A stretch of DNA of 64,000 nt from Acidobacteriota bacterium (lineage in GTDB: Bacteria; Acidobacteriota; Blastocatellia; Pyrinomonadales; Pyrinomonadaceae): assembly GCA_046733535.1 (NCBI GenBank), contig JBKPPH010000055.1, positions 285 through 64,284 of the forward strand, written 5' to 3'. The notes under the pieces are model-generated. The model was not told the DNA's origin, searched no databases, and saw nothing but the letters and a program-made list of their open reading frames with translations. Positions 29,727 through 39,700 of the stretch are shown one piece after another (position 1 is the first letter of the stretch; each line of letters begins with the position of its first letter). Both the position numbers and the translations under genes were made by a program.

Positions 29727-29807
29727 TAGCCTCAAAGTCAGACATCGGACTTGGAGACAGTGAGTACAGGGAGCGGTAGCGACCTGGTCAGTGATCAGCA
29801 TGCGATA
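29727..29807. repeat. About 80-bp intergenic element (family 3, GTACAGGGAGCGGTAGCGACCTGGTCA core)
   Basis: TAGCCTCAAAGTCAGAC..TTGGAGACAGTGAGTACAGGGAGCGGTAGCGACCTGGTCAGTGATCAGCATGCGATA. Nearly identical to the reverse complement of 40176-40264. Confidence 0.8.
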
Positions 29808-29815
29808 CGGCCGAG

Positions 29816-31954
29816 TTAATAGATCGTGAACTTGAACTGCTCCGAGGCGCTGGCTTTCTTTGTCTGGTCCGTGATCGTCACTTGCAACTCGTAATTGCCC
29901 GGCGGCAACGAGCTCAACGGAAACTCGCCCGTGTAAGGAATGTTCGTGAAGTTAGTCAGCTTCTCTGTTGAGATCTTTACCTCCGGCGGCGCGATCACGG
30001 CTTTGTTACCGTGCAGCACCTTGATCTGCGCACTCAACTGCGGCGGCGTACTCGCGTTGTAGATGTAAGCAGTGAAGCGCATCCGCGAGTTGCGAGCGAA
30101 GCGCCGGCTCGCATTCACGCCCACCGGCGTTGCTGCTGCCGACTCGCCGATCTCGCCCACGTACAAACTGCTGATCGCAAAACTTCCCGCCTTCACCTTC
30201 GGGATGTCGATCCACTCCATCGTGCTGGTCAGGTTCCTCGTTCCCAGTCCGCGCTCGTAAGCCAGAATCCGCACTTGATACAGTCCGGGCGGCACATCCA
30301 CCTGGTGATTCACGGTGGCGTAGAGCGGCGTCTGCGGGGGGGTGCGCGGCACTTCGATGCGTTGCTTGAAACTCCCCACCGCCTTGCCCTTCGAATCAAA
30401 CACCGCGCCTAACACGTTCGCATCGATCTTCCCTGAACTGTTGTCACGCGAGTGTGCGTTTAGCTGCACGGCGGAAGTGAGCTGCATGTTCGGTCCCGAG
30501 ATTTGTTTGTAGCCGAGTGCGAGGGCGGCATGCAGTTCTCCAGTTGAGGTTTCAGTCACGCCGAGCACGTCCGTGCTCTCGACCTGCACTGGAGCCGCCG
30601 CTTGCGCCTGCGCACTGTTCTTGTCGGGCGGTGGTCCAAGGTAGCCGCGTCGCAACTGCACTTTCAATTCCGGCCGTCCGGCGATCGTTACTTTTATCTT
30701 CGAGAAGTTTGAGACACGTTGTGCGTCGTTCGCCGGTCGCCAGGCAAGCAGGTAGTAACGCGAAGTTTCGTCGAGGGCGCGCGCGATGCCGCCAGCCAGA
30801 TCGTTCGAGTTCAGTAGCGCGCGTCCACCGGTGTCAGCCGCGAGTACGTGCAGCGGTTCCTGGATAAAGCTTCGTTCACCAGTCATTCGGCTTTGTAAGA
30901 TTCCGTATGGATCGAAACCACCGCTCGTACTCGCGTCGAGCGACGAGTCAACACTGAGTCCTTTAGCGTCCAACGTGTAGATAACAACAGCGCTGCGATT
31001 CGCAGCCCCGGTGACGCGACGTATCATCAAGGTGAAGTCAGAACCGGTAAAATTCGGAACAAAGCCGTCAGAAATGAAGAAGATGAGTTTGCGTCCTGAC
31101 AGTTTCGCCGTGGAGCTCATCAGATTCACGAGGGAGGAGAGGGCGTTTTTAACGGCGAGATCCGACTGGCGCAGGATCGTTCCCGCCCGCTGTCTAACGA
31201 GGGGCTCAGCAATTTCCCGCGGGACACGGTTGTCTTTGATCGTTTGCTGAACGAAATACTCGAACAGAGTCGGAGGCGGCGGTCCTTGCGAGCCGAAAGC
31301 GTCGCGCGGCACGTCACCTCGTTCAACGATCAGGTACGCCGCATAGGGACTCATGTACGGGCGTTGCCCGTCGGTAGCCATGCCCGGAACGAAATTGAGC
31401 CGGGCGAGGGCCGCACGCAAGACGACGGGGTTGTTAGTCAGTTGCTGGAGGAAACCGATTTGGCCACTCGACGAAGTGATCGCAACTTGATCGTTCGGGC
31501 CCATCATGCGCTCGATGAATTGCGTGACAGTTTTGTGTACGCGCGCAAGACTGCCCGGCTCGAGCATCAGATCGTTAATGAAAAACAAGATCGTGCGGCC
31601 ACGCTCCGACGCCGGCTCTTTGCTGTCGTCAACCACCTGCGACGGCTTCTTGCCACCCGCTGCTCGCAACGCCGCTACTTCACTTCTCCCACCGGTGACA
31701 ACACTGTCAAAGAAACTGATCGGCTGGGGTTGACCTTCGATAAGCAACTCGAAGTCTTCCTGCTTTAAGCCGCTGACGAACTTCCCGTCTTTATCAAAGA
31801 CCATCACGTCGGTCTGCACCAACTCCGTGTTGACGCGCACCACGTCGTCCGGGTCCTGAGGCTTGGGACTCGGCGACGGCTTCTTCTCCTGCGCGCGCGT
31901 CGTGAGAGAAAACGACAGCAGCGCTGCAACGAGAAAGATGAGCGTTTTGTGCAT
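29816..31954 (-). CDS. VWFA-related Acidobacterial-domain protein (TIGR03436-like), paralog A
   Basis: Signal peptide, then VVRVNTELVQTDVMVFDKDGKFVSGLKQEDFELLIEGQPQ (the family-defining N-terminal domain) and a VWA-like core (ILFFINDL..IFFISDG..IYTLDAKG). Confidence 0.8.
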   Translation of the reverse strand: MHKTLIFLVAALLSFSLTTRAQEKKPSPSPKPQDPDDVVRVNTELVQTDVMVFDKDGKFVSGLKQEDFELLIEGQPQPISFFDSVVTGGRSEVAALRAAGGKKPSQVVDDSKEPASERGRTILFFINDLMLEPGSLARVHKTVTQFIERMMGPNDQVAITSSSGQIGFLQQLTNNPVVLRAALARLNFVPGMATDGQRPYMSPYAAYLIVERGDVPRDAFGSQGPPPPTLFEYFVQQTIKDNRVPREIAEPLVRQRAGTILRQSDLAVKNALSSLVNLMSSTAKLSGRKLIFFISDGFVPNFTGSDFTLMIRRVTGAANRSAVVIYTLDAKGLSVDSSLDASTSGGFDPYGILQSRMTGERSFIQEPLHVLAADTGGRALLNSNDLAGGIARALDETSRYYLLAWRPANDAQRVSNFSKIKVTIAGRPELKVQLRRGYLGPPPDKNSAQAQAAAPVQVESTDVLGVTETSTGELHAALALGYKQISGPNMQLTSAVQLNAHSRDNSSGKIDANVLGAVFDSKGKAVGSFKQRIEVPRTPPQTPLYATVNHQVDVPPGLYQVRILAYERGLGTRNLTSTMEWIDIPKVKAGSFAISSLYVGEIGESAAATPVGVNASRRFARNSRMRFTAYIYNASTPPQLSAQIKVLHGNKAVIAPPEVKISTEKLTNFTNIPYTGEFPLSSLPPGNYELQVTITDQTKKASASEQFKFTIY

Positions 31955-31958
31955 CAGG

Positions 31959-34085
31959 TTAATATACCGTGAACTTGAACTGCTCCGAGGCGCTGGCTTT
32001 TTTTACCTGGTCCGTGATCGTCATTTGCAACTCGTAATTGCCCGGCGGCAACGAGCTCAACGGAAACTCGCCCGCGTACGGAATCGTCGTGAAGTTAGTC
32101 AGCTTGTCCGTCGAGATCTTTATCTCCGGCGGCGCAATCACCGCCTTGTTGCCGTGCATTACTTTGATCTGTGCCGTCAATTGCGGCGGCGTGCCGGCGT
32201 TGTAGATGTACGCCGTAAACCGCATCTTTGAATTGCGTCCAAAACGCCGGCTCGCGTTCACACCGACCGCCGCTGCTGCTCCTGACTCGGGGATCTCGCC
32301 CACGTACAAACTGCTGATCGCAAAACTTCCCGCCTTCACTTTCGGGATGTCGATCCACTCCATTGCGCCGGTTAGGTTCGTAACCGTCATTGCGCGTTCG
32401 TACGCCAGGATACGTACTTGATACAGTCCCGGCGGCACCTCCATCTGATGGTTCACCGTTGCGTACAGCGGAGCCTGCGCCGGCGTGCGCGGCACCTCGA
32501 TGCGTTGCTTGAAACTTCCTACCGGCTTGCCCTTTGAATCAAACAAGGCGCCCAATACGTTGACGTCAACCTTCCCCGAACTGTTGTCGGGCGAGTGCGC
32601 ATTGAGCTGCACGGCCGTCGTCAGTTGCATGTTGGGACCAGCGGTTTGTTTGTACCCGAGGCCAATGGCAGCGTGCAGTTCTTCAGTGGAGGTCTCCGTC
32701 ACGCCCAACGGGTCGGTGTTTTCAACTTGCACGGACGCCGCTGCTTGAGCCGCAGTGGTTTTATTCTTCTCGGGCGGTGGTCCAAGGTAACCACGCCGCC
32801 ACTGCACTTTCAGATCAGGTTGGCCGGCAATCGTGATTTTGATCTTGGAGAAGTTTGACGCCCGCTGCACGTCGTTGCTGGGGCGCCACGCGAGCAGGTA
32901 GTAACGCGAGGTTTCGTCGAGCGCACGCGCGATACCGCCTGTCAGATCGTTGGAGTTGAGGAGCGCGCGTCCACCGGTGTCGGCGGCGAGCGCGTGCAGC
33001 GGTTCCTGTGTAAAAGTTAGCTCACCGCTCATCCGGCTGCGCATGACACCCGAGACGTCGAAACCGCCGCCGGTACTTGCATCGAGCGACGAGTCAACAC
33101 TCAACCCGCGCGCGTCCAACGTGTAGATGACAACGCTGCTGCGGTTCGCAGAACCCGTGACACGACTCATCAACGTGGTGAAATCCGATCCACCAAACTG
33201 CGGTACAAAACCGTCGGATATGAAGAATACGAGTTTGCGCCCTGGCACCTTGGCCGTCGCGCGCACGAGATTCACGAGCGAAGCGAACGCTGTTCTGATA
33301 GTTGCTTGTGCGCTGCGAAGAGTCGTGCCCACCCTCCGTTCGACCATAGCCGTAGCTATCGGACGGTCGTCGGGGTCTTTCATCGTATTCTGTTTTATTG
33401 TTTCCCGAACGAAGTATTCAAACAGGTCGCGGTCATTGCGTTCGCCGATCAGGTAGGCGGCATAATCGCTCATCGGAGGACGCTCGGCGTCGGTGGCCGC
33501 ACCTGGAACAAATTTTATTCGATCGAGAGCAGCGCGAAGTACAATCGGGTTGTTTGTCAGTTGCTGAAGAAACCCAATCTGCCCGCTCGCCGACGTGATC
33601 GCCACCTGGTCGTTTGGACCGAGCATCGTATCGATAAACTGTCCGATCGTTTTGTTTACGCGCGCGAGGCTGCCCGGCGCAAGGTGCAGGTCGTTAACGA
33701 AGAATAGAATCGTGCGTCCGCGTTCAGAACCCGGTTCGGCTGGTTCCTCGACGACGGGTTGCGCGTGTTTCTTGCCGCTACCGGCACGCAGCGCGGTTGT
33801 CTCGTTTCGGCCACCCGTCACCACGCTCTCAAAAAATGCGATCTGCTGTGCTTGACCGTCGACGAGTAACTCGAAGTTTTCCGGTTTCAATCCGCTGACA
33901 AACTTTCCCTGCTTGTCAAAGACCATTACGTCGGTCTGCACCAGTTCCGTGTTCACGCGCACCACGTCCTCAACCTCTGGGGGCGTAGAGCTCGGCGACG
34001 GCGACGGCTTTTGCTTTTTGTCCTGCGCGATAACCGAGGTAATCGACAGGAAGGCAACAATGATTGGGAGGGTTGTTTTATGCAT
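31959..34085 (-). CDS. VWFA-related Acidobacterial-domain protein, paralog B
   Basis: Collinear with paralog A over its full length, and only 4 nt separate the two genes. Confidence 0.8.
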   Translation of the reverse strand: MHKTTLPIIVAFLSITSVIAQDKKQKPSPSPSSTPPEVEDVVRVNTELVQTDVMVFDKQGKFVSGLKPENFELLVDGQAQQIAFFESVVTGGRNETTALRAGSGKKHAQPVVEEPAEPGSERGRTILFFVNDLHLAPGSLARVNKTIGQFIDTMLGPNDQVAITSASGQIGFLQQLTNNPIVLRAALDRIKFVPGAATDAERPPMSDYAAYLIGERNDRDLFEYFVRETIKQNTMKDPDDRPIATAMVERRVGTTLRSAQATIRTAFASLVNLVRATAKVPGRKLVFFISDGFVPQFGGSDFTTLMSRVTGSANRSSVVIYTLDARGLSVDSSLDASTGGGFDVSGVMRSRMSGELTFTQEPLHALAADTGGRALLNSNDLTGGIARALDETSRYYLLAWRPSNDVQRASNFSKIKITIAGQPDLKVQWRRGYLGPPPEKNKTTAAQAAASVQVENTDPLGVTETSTEELHAAIGLGYKQTAGPNMQLTTAVQLNAHSPDNSSGKVDVNVLGALFDSKGKPVGSFKQRIEVPRTPAQAPLYATVNHQMEVPPGLYQVRILAYERAMTVTNLTGAMEWIDIPKVKAGSFAISSLYVGEIPESGAAAAVGVNASRRFGRNSKMRFTAYIYNAGTPPQLTAQIKVMHGNKAVIAPPEIKISTDKLTNFTTIPYAGEFPLSSLPPGNYELQMTITDQVKKASASEQFKFTVY

Positions 34086-34188
34086 GCCGGGCCTGGAGGA
34101 GAGAGCGAGATTAAATCACAAAAGCAAAAAGACGAAAAGCATTTTACGCCGGAAAATTGCACAAAAGCACGAAAAATTGAGCGGGGTC

Positions 34189-35142
34189 TTATTGTGGCGC
34201 ATTCACGGTCAGCAACACGATCTCAGGTGGGACGCCGAAGCGCACGGGCAAAATACTGGTGCCGATTCCAGTCGTCACGAACAGATGATGACTGTTTTCA
34301 AACACGTGTCCCACCTCATAGCGCTCGCCTACTCGTGACGAGTGGACAACGCTTCCGATCCACGGAAGCCTCACTTGTCCGCCGTGAGTGTGCCCCGCCA
34401 ACAACAGCGGCACGCGTTGCGGAACTTGCGGAAAGATGTCGGGGTTGTGCGTCAAAGCGATCACCGCCACACCTTCCGGCACCTTGTTGATTGTTTCTTC
34501 GACGTTCTGTGCACGCGTCCACAGATCAGCGAGACCAACAAGCCACAGTGAAGTGCCTCGCGCATTGAGTTGGGCCACCTCATTCTCGAGCACCTTGATG
34601 CCGTTCTGCTCCAGAGCGGTGCGTACCTTCCTTCCGTTGTACCACCAATCATGATTACCGAGAACCGAATAAACACCGAGCGGCGCATTCAAGTCTTTCA
34701 GGATCGGGCCGAACGCTTCAGGCTCCATCGTTCGACGTACCCAACCATTGCCGGTCATGTAGTCGCCGAGTATCACGATCAGATCGGGGTGAAGTTCATT
34801 TGTGCGCTGGACGATTAGTCGCAACTTCCGCTGGTCGATGAACGGCGCGCCCGCGTGGATGTCTGCGAGTACTGCGATGCGAAGACCGTTGAGTGGCTGC
34901 GGCCAGTTGTCGATTTGAATCGTTTGCTGGCCAACTACGAGTCGATTCGGCTCGATCAAGAAAGCCCAGAACACCAACACGCCGAGCAGAAAAATGATCG
35001 CACCGAGGGAAACGCGCAGCCGCTTGCCCCAACGAGGCGTGCGGCCCCATTCTGGTGGACCAGGCCAGCGACGTACCTCCTGAACCAGAAAGAGCAGCAG
35101 TCCCAGCAGAACCGCTACGCCGATTACAAACGGTACGGTCAT
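34189..35142 (-). CDS. Membrane-anchored metallophosphoesterase (YkuE/calcineurin-like)
   Basis: IAVLADIHAG, ILGDY, LGNHDWW, THNPD, AGHTHGGQV motifs. Two N-terminal TM helices. Confidence 0.85.
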   Translation of the reverse strand: MTVPFVIGVAVLLGLLLFLVQEVRRWPGPPEWGRTPRWGKRLRVSLGAIIFLLGVLVFWAFLIEPNRLVVGQQTIQIDNWPQPLNGLRIAVLADIHAGAPFIDQRKLRLIVQRTNELHPDLIVILGDYMTGNGWVRRTMEPEAFGPILKDLNAPLGVYSVLGNHDWWYNGRKVRTALEQNGIKVLENEVAQLNARGTSLWLVGLADLWTRAQNVEETINKVPEGVAVIALTHNPDIFPQVPQRVPLLLAGHTHGGQVRLPWIGSVVHSSRVGERYEVGHVFENSHHLFVTTGIGTSILPVRFGVPPEIVLLTVNAPQ

Positions 35143-35185
35143 TGGATTTCAATTTATCACGCGGAGCTGCAGGTTTTGTTATCTT

Positions 35186-36634
35186 ATGCGCGCCATGAAA
35201 ACCAAAATCACACTTCTTGCGCTGCTCTTTTGTTTTGTCATCAACTCGTTCGCGCAGCAGGCGCCCGAGCGCCAGCAGTTTATACGTACCGAAGCGCCCG
35301 TAGTTGCCTTGACTCACGTGCGCGTCATTGACGGCACTGGCGCGCCGCCGAAGGAAGACCAAACAATCATAATCACTGACGGAAAGATTCAGTCGGTTGA
35401 CGCGAGTGCTGCGGCGCGCATACCGGCGAATGCGCAGACGCTGGATCTCAACGGCTACACGGTGCTGCCCGGCCTCGTGGGAATGCATAACCACATGTTC
35501 TTTCCGATGGGTGGCTCGCCGCCGATGTACTCCAACATGGGCATAAGCTTTCCACGCCTGTACCTCGCTCTCGGCGTCACGACGATTCGCACGACGGGCA
35601 GCGTTGCGCCGTACGCCGATCTCGAGATCAAGAAACTGATCGATGCCGGGCGGATGATCGGACCAAAGATGCACATCACCTCGCCGTATCTCGAAGGGCG
35701 CGGGTCGTTCACACCCGTGATGCACACGCTCACCGGTCCGGACGATGCACGACGGATGGTCAACTACTGGGCCGACCTCGGCGCGACTTCGTTCAAGGCG
35801 TACATGAATATCTCTCGCGAGGAGTTGCGCGCGGCCGTTCAGGAGGCGCACAAGCGCGGGCTTAGAGTCACCGGACATCTCTGTTCGATCGGTTACAAAG
35901 AGGCAGCAGAGATCGGCATCGACAATCTCGAACACGGTTTGTTTGCAGATTCGGAATTCGTTCCGAACAAAGAGCCGGACAAGTGCCCGCAGGGCGTGTC
36001 GAACAGTTTGCGTTCCCTCGATCTGAACGGCCCCGCGGCACAGGAGACGATTCGCACACTCGTTTCGAAAAACGTCGCCATTACTTCAACGCTGCCAGTC
36101 TTCGAAGCGGGAGGCGCGCCGCTGGCTGCAAACGGAATCGGCGCCAGCAGCGCGTTGCTGAACCAGCGTGTGCTGAATGTGATGTCGACTGACGCTCGCG
36201 TGCGTTACCTGCAAGCACGCGCGCGCGTTTCGCCTGAGGCAAACTTCGTCGCCCTCCTGCGGAAGGCGATGGACTTCGAGCGTGAGTTTGTGAAGGCGGG
36301 CGGCCTGCTGATCGCAGGACTCGATCCGACTGGCAACGGCGGGATTGTCGCCGGCTTCGGCGATCTGCGTGAAGTTGAACTGCTGGTCGAGGCGGGATTC
36401 ACCCCGGTTGAAGCCATCAAGATCGCGACACTGAACGGCGCGAAGTTTCTGGGTGAAGACACGCGCATCGGGTCGATCGCGACCGGCAAACAGGCTGACT
36501 TGATGGTCGTGAAAGGAAATCCAGCCGCGACGATCGGCGACATCGAGAACGTCGAGATCGTTTTCAAAGACGGGGTTGGGTACAACTCCGAAAAGTTAAT
36601 CCAATCCGTCCAGGGTCTCGTCGGCATTCGTTAA
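35186..36634 (+). CDS. Secreted amidohydrolase-family protein (imidazolonepropionase/Xaa-Pro dipeptidase-like)
   Basis: Signal peptide; LPGLVGMHNHMF (HxH); C-terminal ADLMVVKGNP..IENVEIVFKDG. ATG 35195 is an alternative start. Confidence 0.75.
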   Translation: MRAMKTKITLLALLFCFVINSFAQQAPERQQFIRTEAPVVALTHVRVIDGTGAPPKEDQTIIITDGKIQSVDASAAARIPANAQTLDLNGYTVLPGLVGMHNHMFFPMGGSPPMYSNMGISFPRLYLALGVTTIRTTGSVAPYADLEIKKLIDAGRMIGPKMHITSPYLEGRGSFTPVMHTLTGPDDARRMVNYWADLGATSFKAYMNISREELRAAVQEAHKRGLRVTGHLCSIGYKEAAEIGIDNLEHGLFADSEFVPNKEPDKCPQGVSNSLRSLDLNGPAAQETIRTLVSKNVAITSTLPVFEAGGAPLAANGIGASSALLNQRVLNVMSTDARVRYLQARARVSPEANFVALLRKAMDFEREFVKAGGLLIAGLDPTGNGGIVAGFGDLREVELLVEAGFTPVEAIKIATLNGAKFLGEDTRIGSIATGKQADLMVVKGNPAATIGDIENVEIVFKDGVGYNSEKLIQSVQGLVGIR

Positions 36635-36779
36635 ATCATACCTCCACGCCCGTCAGCCCTCACTTTGTGTCTGCCGGGCGTTGTTGTTCCCCGCCCCGCC
36701 TCGAAATGATTTTGCTCTCTGAGCCATAGATGTAAGGAAAAGCCATTTCCAAAAAAGCTCACCGACAGAGGGACAAATC

Positions 36780-39700
36780 ATGAATAACAACGGAGAAGCC
36801 GCCGAGCCGACGAGGGAAATATTTTTTTGCGAGATCCTGCTCGAAGAGTACGAGGGGCTAAATCAACCAGGGTTGGATGAGGCAGAAGTTCGAGACATAA
36901 GGAATCAACTAAACCATTACCGGACTACGGTTGGATGCCCTCACCGGGAGCCCCAACCAGTGTTCGAGGGCCGCATATTGAAACGTATCTACCGGTTGAT
37001 GTACGAGGCCCAGGAGCGGACCGCTGAACAGAGCGCTCTTTCGGCGGGCGAAAAAGACTGTGACAAGGAGTGTTTGAGCCAGGCGGGAGCGCTTGCCACT
37101 ATCAGCGACATTAGTATCGGGATCCCAACCCTCAACGGCAATCTGGCGGGACACCACGGCTCGCTCATACCGGAACAACGGGAGAAGCTTGCCGGCTGTA
37201 CGCTTCGGTCGGCGCTTTGTTTGTCCGGCGGCGGCGTTCGCAGCGCAACCTTTAATTTAGGAATTCTCCAGGGTCTGGCGCGACATGGATTGCTGGATAA
37301 GTTTGACTATCTTTCCACCGTTTCGGGCGGAGGTTTTATCGGTGGGTGGCTGTCCGCGTGGATACGCCGCAACGGGATAAATGAGGTCGTCGATGAGCTC
37401 GCAAAGCCGCCCAAGACACCACTGACGCCCGATCCCAATCAAGTCGAACATCTTCGCATCTACAGCAATTACCTGAGTCCGCGGCCGGGTTTGCTGAGCG
37501 CTGACACATGGACTCTGGTGGCCAGCGTCGTCCGCAATCTAATGCTTAACTGGCTGGTGTTTGTGCCGGTATTTCTGGCATTTCTCCTCGTGCCACGAAT
37601 GTGGATTTCCGCTCTCATAAGCAGCGCTAAGTATCAGTCGTATACGATTCCAATCTCACTCGCAATTGGATTTCTCTCCGGACTCTGGGCTCTTTCCTAT
37701 ATTGGACGAAACCTGCCGAGCTCCCAGGATTACCGTTCGGTGAAGCCGAATCCCAAGTGCTACAAAGTCGAAGAAGGAAGATTTATCTCGCGTTGCTTGA
37801 TTTGGCTGGTTGTCAGTGCGGCGGCATTGGCGATGTGTCTTTGGACTTGCTGTCAGCCGGGCAGTCCACCGCTTCCGTGGTACTACTACCCGGCATTCCT
37901 GGCAGTGACGAGCCTTTTAGCGTGGATCTCCGCCGCTTGGAAAATCAGCAAGATCACTCCAAATGAGAAAAAGAATAGCCGTTATTTAGGTATGCTCTTG
38001 AAGGCGACAGGGATCATCGTTCTACTCGTCCCTTTAATTCTCGGGGTGATCGTCAGCTACATAATTAGTCGCGGCCTTCCAACATTCCATCAGCATCCTG
38101 TTAGTTACGCCGTGTTCTCTGTTCCCGTCATCCTGCTGCTCATGGGGATTAAAGGGGTACTCATTACCGGTTTTACAAGCCGCTTCAGTAGGGATCAGGA
38201 TCAAGAGTGGTGGGCGCGCGCGGGCGGTTGGGTGTTGATTGTCGTGCTTGCGTGGAGCGCAGTGCATCTGCTGGTGCTGTATGGCCCGTTGCTGCTTTTA
38301 AGCCTCGGTCGTATGTATCAGACCTTGACCACGACAAGTAAAGGTTTGAGCGGACTTGCCTGGAGGGACTGGGGAAAATTGCTCGCGACCGTCGCGGGTA
38401 TTGTCTCTGGAATTGTGACAATCATCGGCGGTTTTAGTGCGAAGACGCCGGCTAATTCCAAAGAAGCGGAAAAGGCGGGCACCGGAGGAATTTTTCTCGG
38501 TTTTGCCACTCAAGTGCTGGCTCCGGTGTTCCTTGGTTTTCTGATTGTCCTGCTCTCCTTCGCAACCAACTGGATTTTGATCAGCCGGCCGTCTCGGATC
38601 ATCAGCAACTTCGTCGGAGGCGCAGTCGTTCCGTACCTGACTCACCCGGTAGCCGCCTGGCACATGACGCTGCTCAAAACGACGCCTTTTCGGCTCCTCG
38701 TGGGGCTGGCAATCCTGATAGCGGTGTTTGGCGCTGTTATGAACTGGATGATCAGCACGAATGTCTTCTCTCTCCAATACCTCTGGCGCAACCGAATCAT
38801 TCGTGCCTATCTCGGCGCCTCTCATTGCAACCGGCGCCCGGATCGCTTCACGGGCTTCGACAGTTTCGACAATCTGCAGATGCATGAGTTGTGGCCGCAA
38901 CCCGGCCATGGTGACACGTGCACCGAGCGAGAAGACCGGCCCCAGGAAGATTTGGTACCGGTTCGTCACTCACGAAAACTCTTTCACGTTTTGAATATGG
39001 CCCTGAACCTAACGGGTGGAGAAAAGCTTCAGTGGCAAGATCGCCGGGCCGAGTCGTTCACAGTTTCTCCGCTTCATGCGGGCAGCTACTGGCTGGGTTA
39101 TCGTCGCTCTACAGAGTATGGCGGAGACGACGGCATCACGCTCGGAGCGTCCATCGCGATCTCCGGTGCGTTCGTGAGCCCAAACATGGGCTTCATGATG
39201 ACGTCACCGGTGGTGCGATTTCTGATGGCGGTCTTCAATGTCAGGTTTGGGTGGTGGATGGGTAATCCAGGACCTGCGGGCGAGGATACGTTCAAGCGCG
39301 ACACTCCCAAACTTTCCGTGCTTCCATTCCTTGCGGAAGCGTTCGGCACTATCGACGACAAATCTCGCTACGTTTACCTTTCTGATGGCGGTCACTTCGA
39401 AAACCTCGGTCTGTACGAAATGGTTTTGCGGCGCTGTCGCTTTATCGTCGTCAGCGATGCGACGACGGATCCGGATTACTCGTTTCAATCATTGGCGATG
39501 TCCATCAGGCAGATCCGCGTTGATCTCGGAGTGCCCATTGAAATTCCCGAGATGGCAGTCGGCGTACCATCTCAGAACCTGAAGAGTAAGTATTGCGCGA
39601 TCGGCAGGATAGCCTATTCCTGTGTCGACAAGGCTCCGGGAGATTCGAGACCAAACGAAGACTTCGACGGCATTCTGATTCTGATTAAACCCTCGCTCAT

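Noticed and set aside
34796-35935. 379-aa minus-strand ORF spanning the end of the metallophosphoesterase gene and the start of the amidohydrolase gene
   Set aside because: It is antisense to, or out of frame with, two genes that have clear family motifs. The product is Arg/Ala/His-rich low-complexity sequence typical of shadow ORFs in GC-rich DNA.
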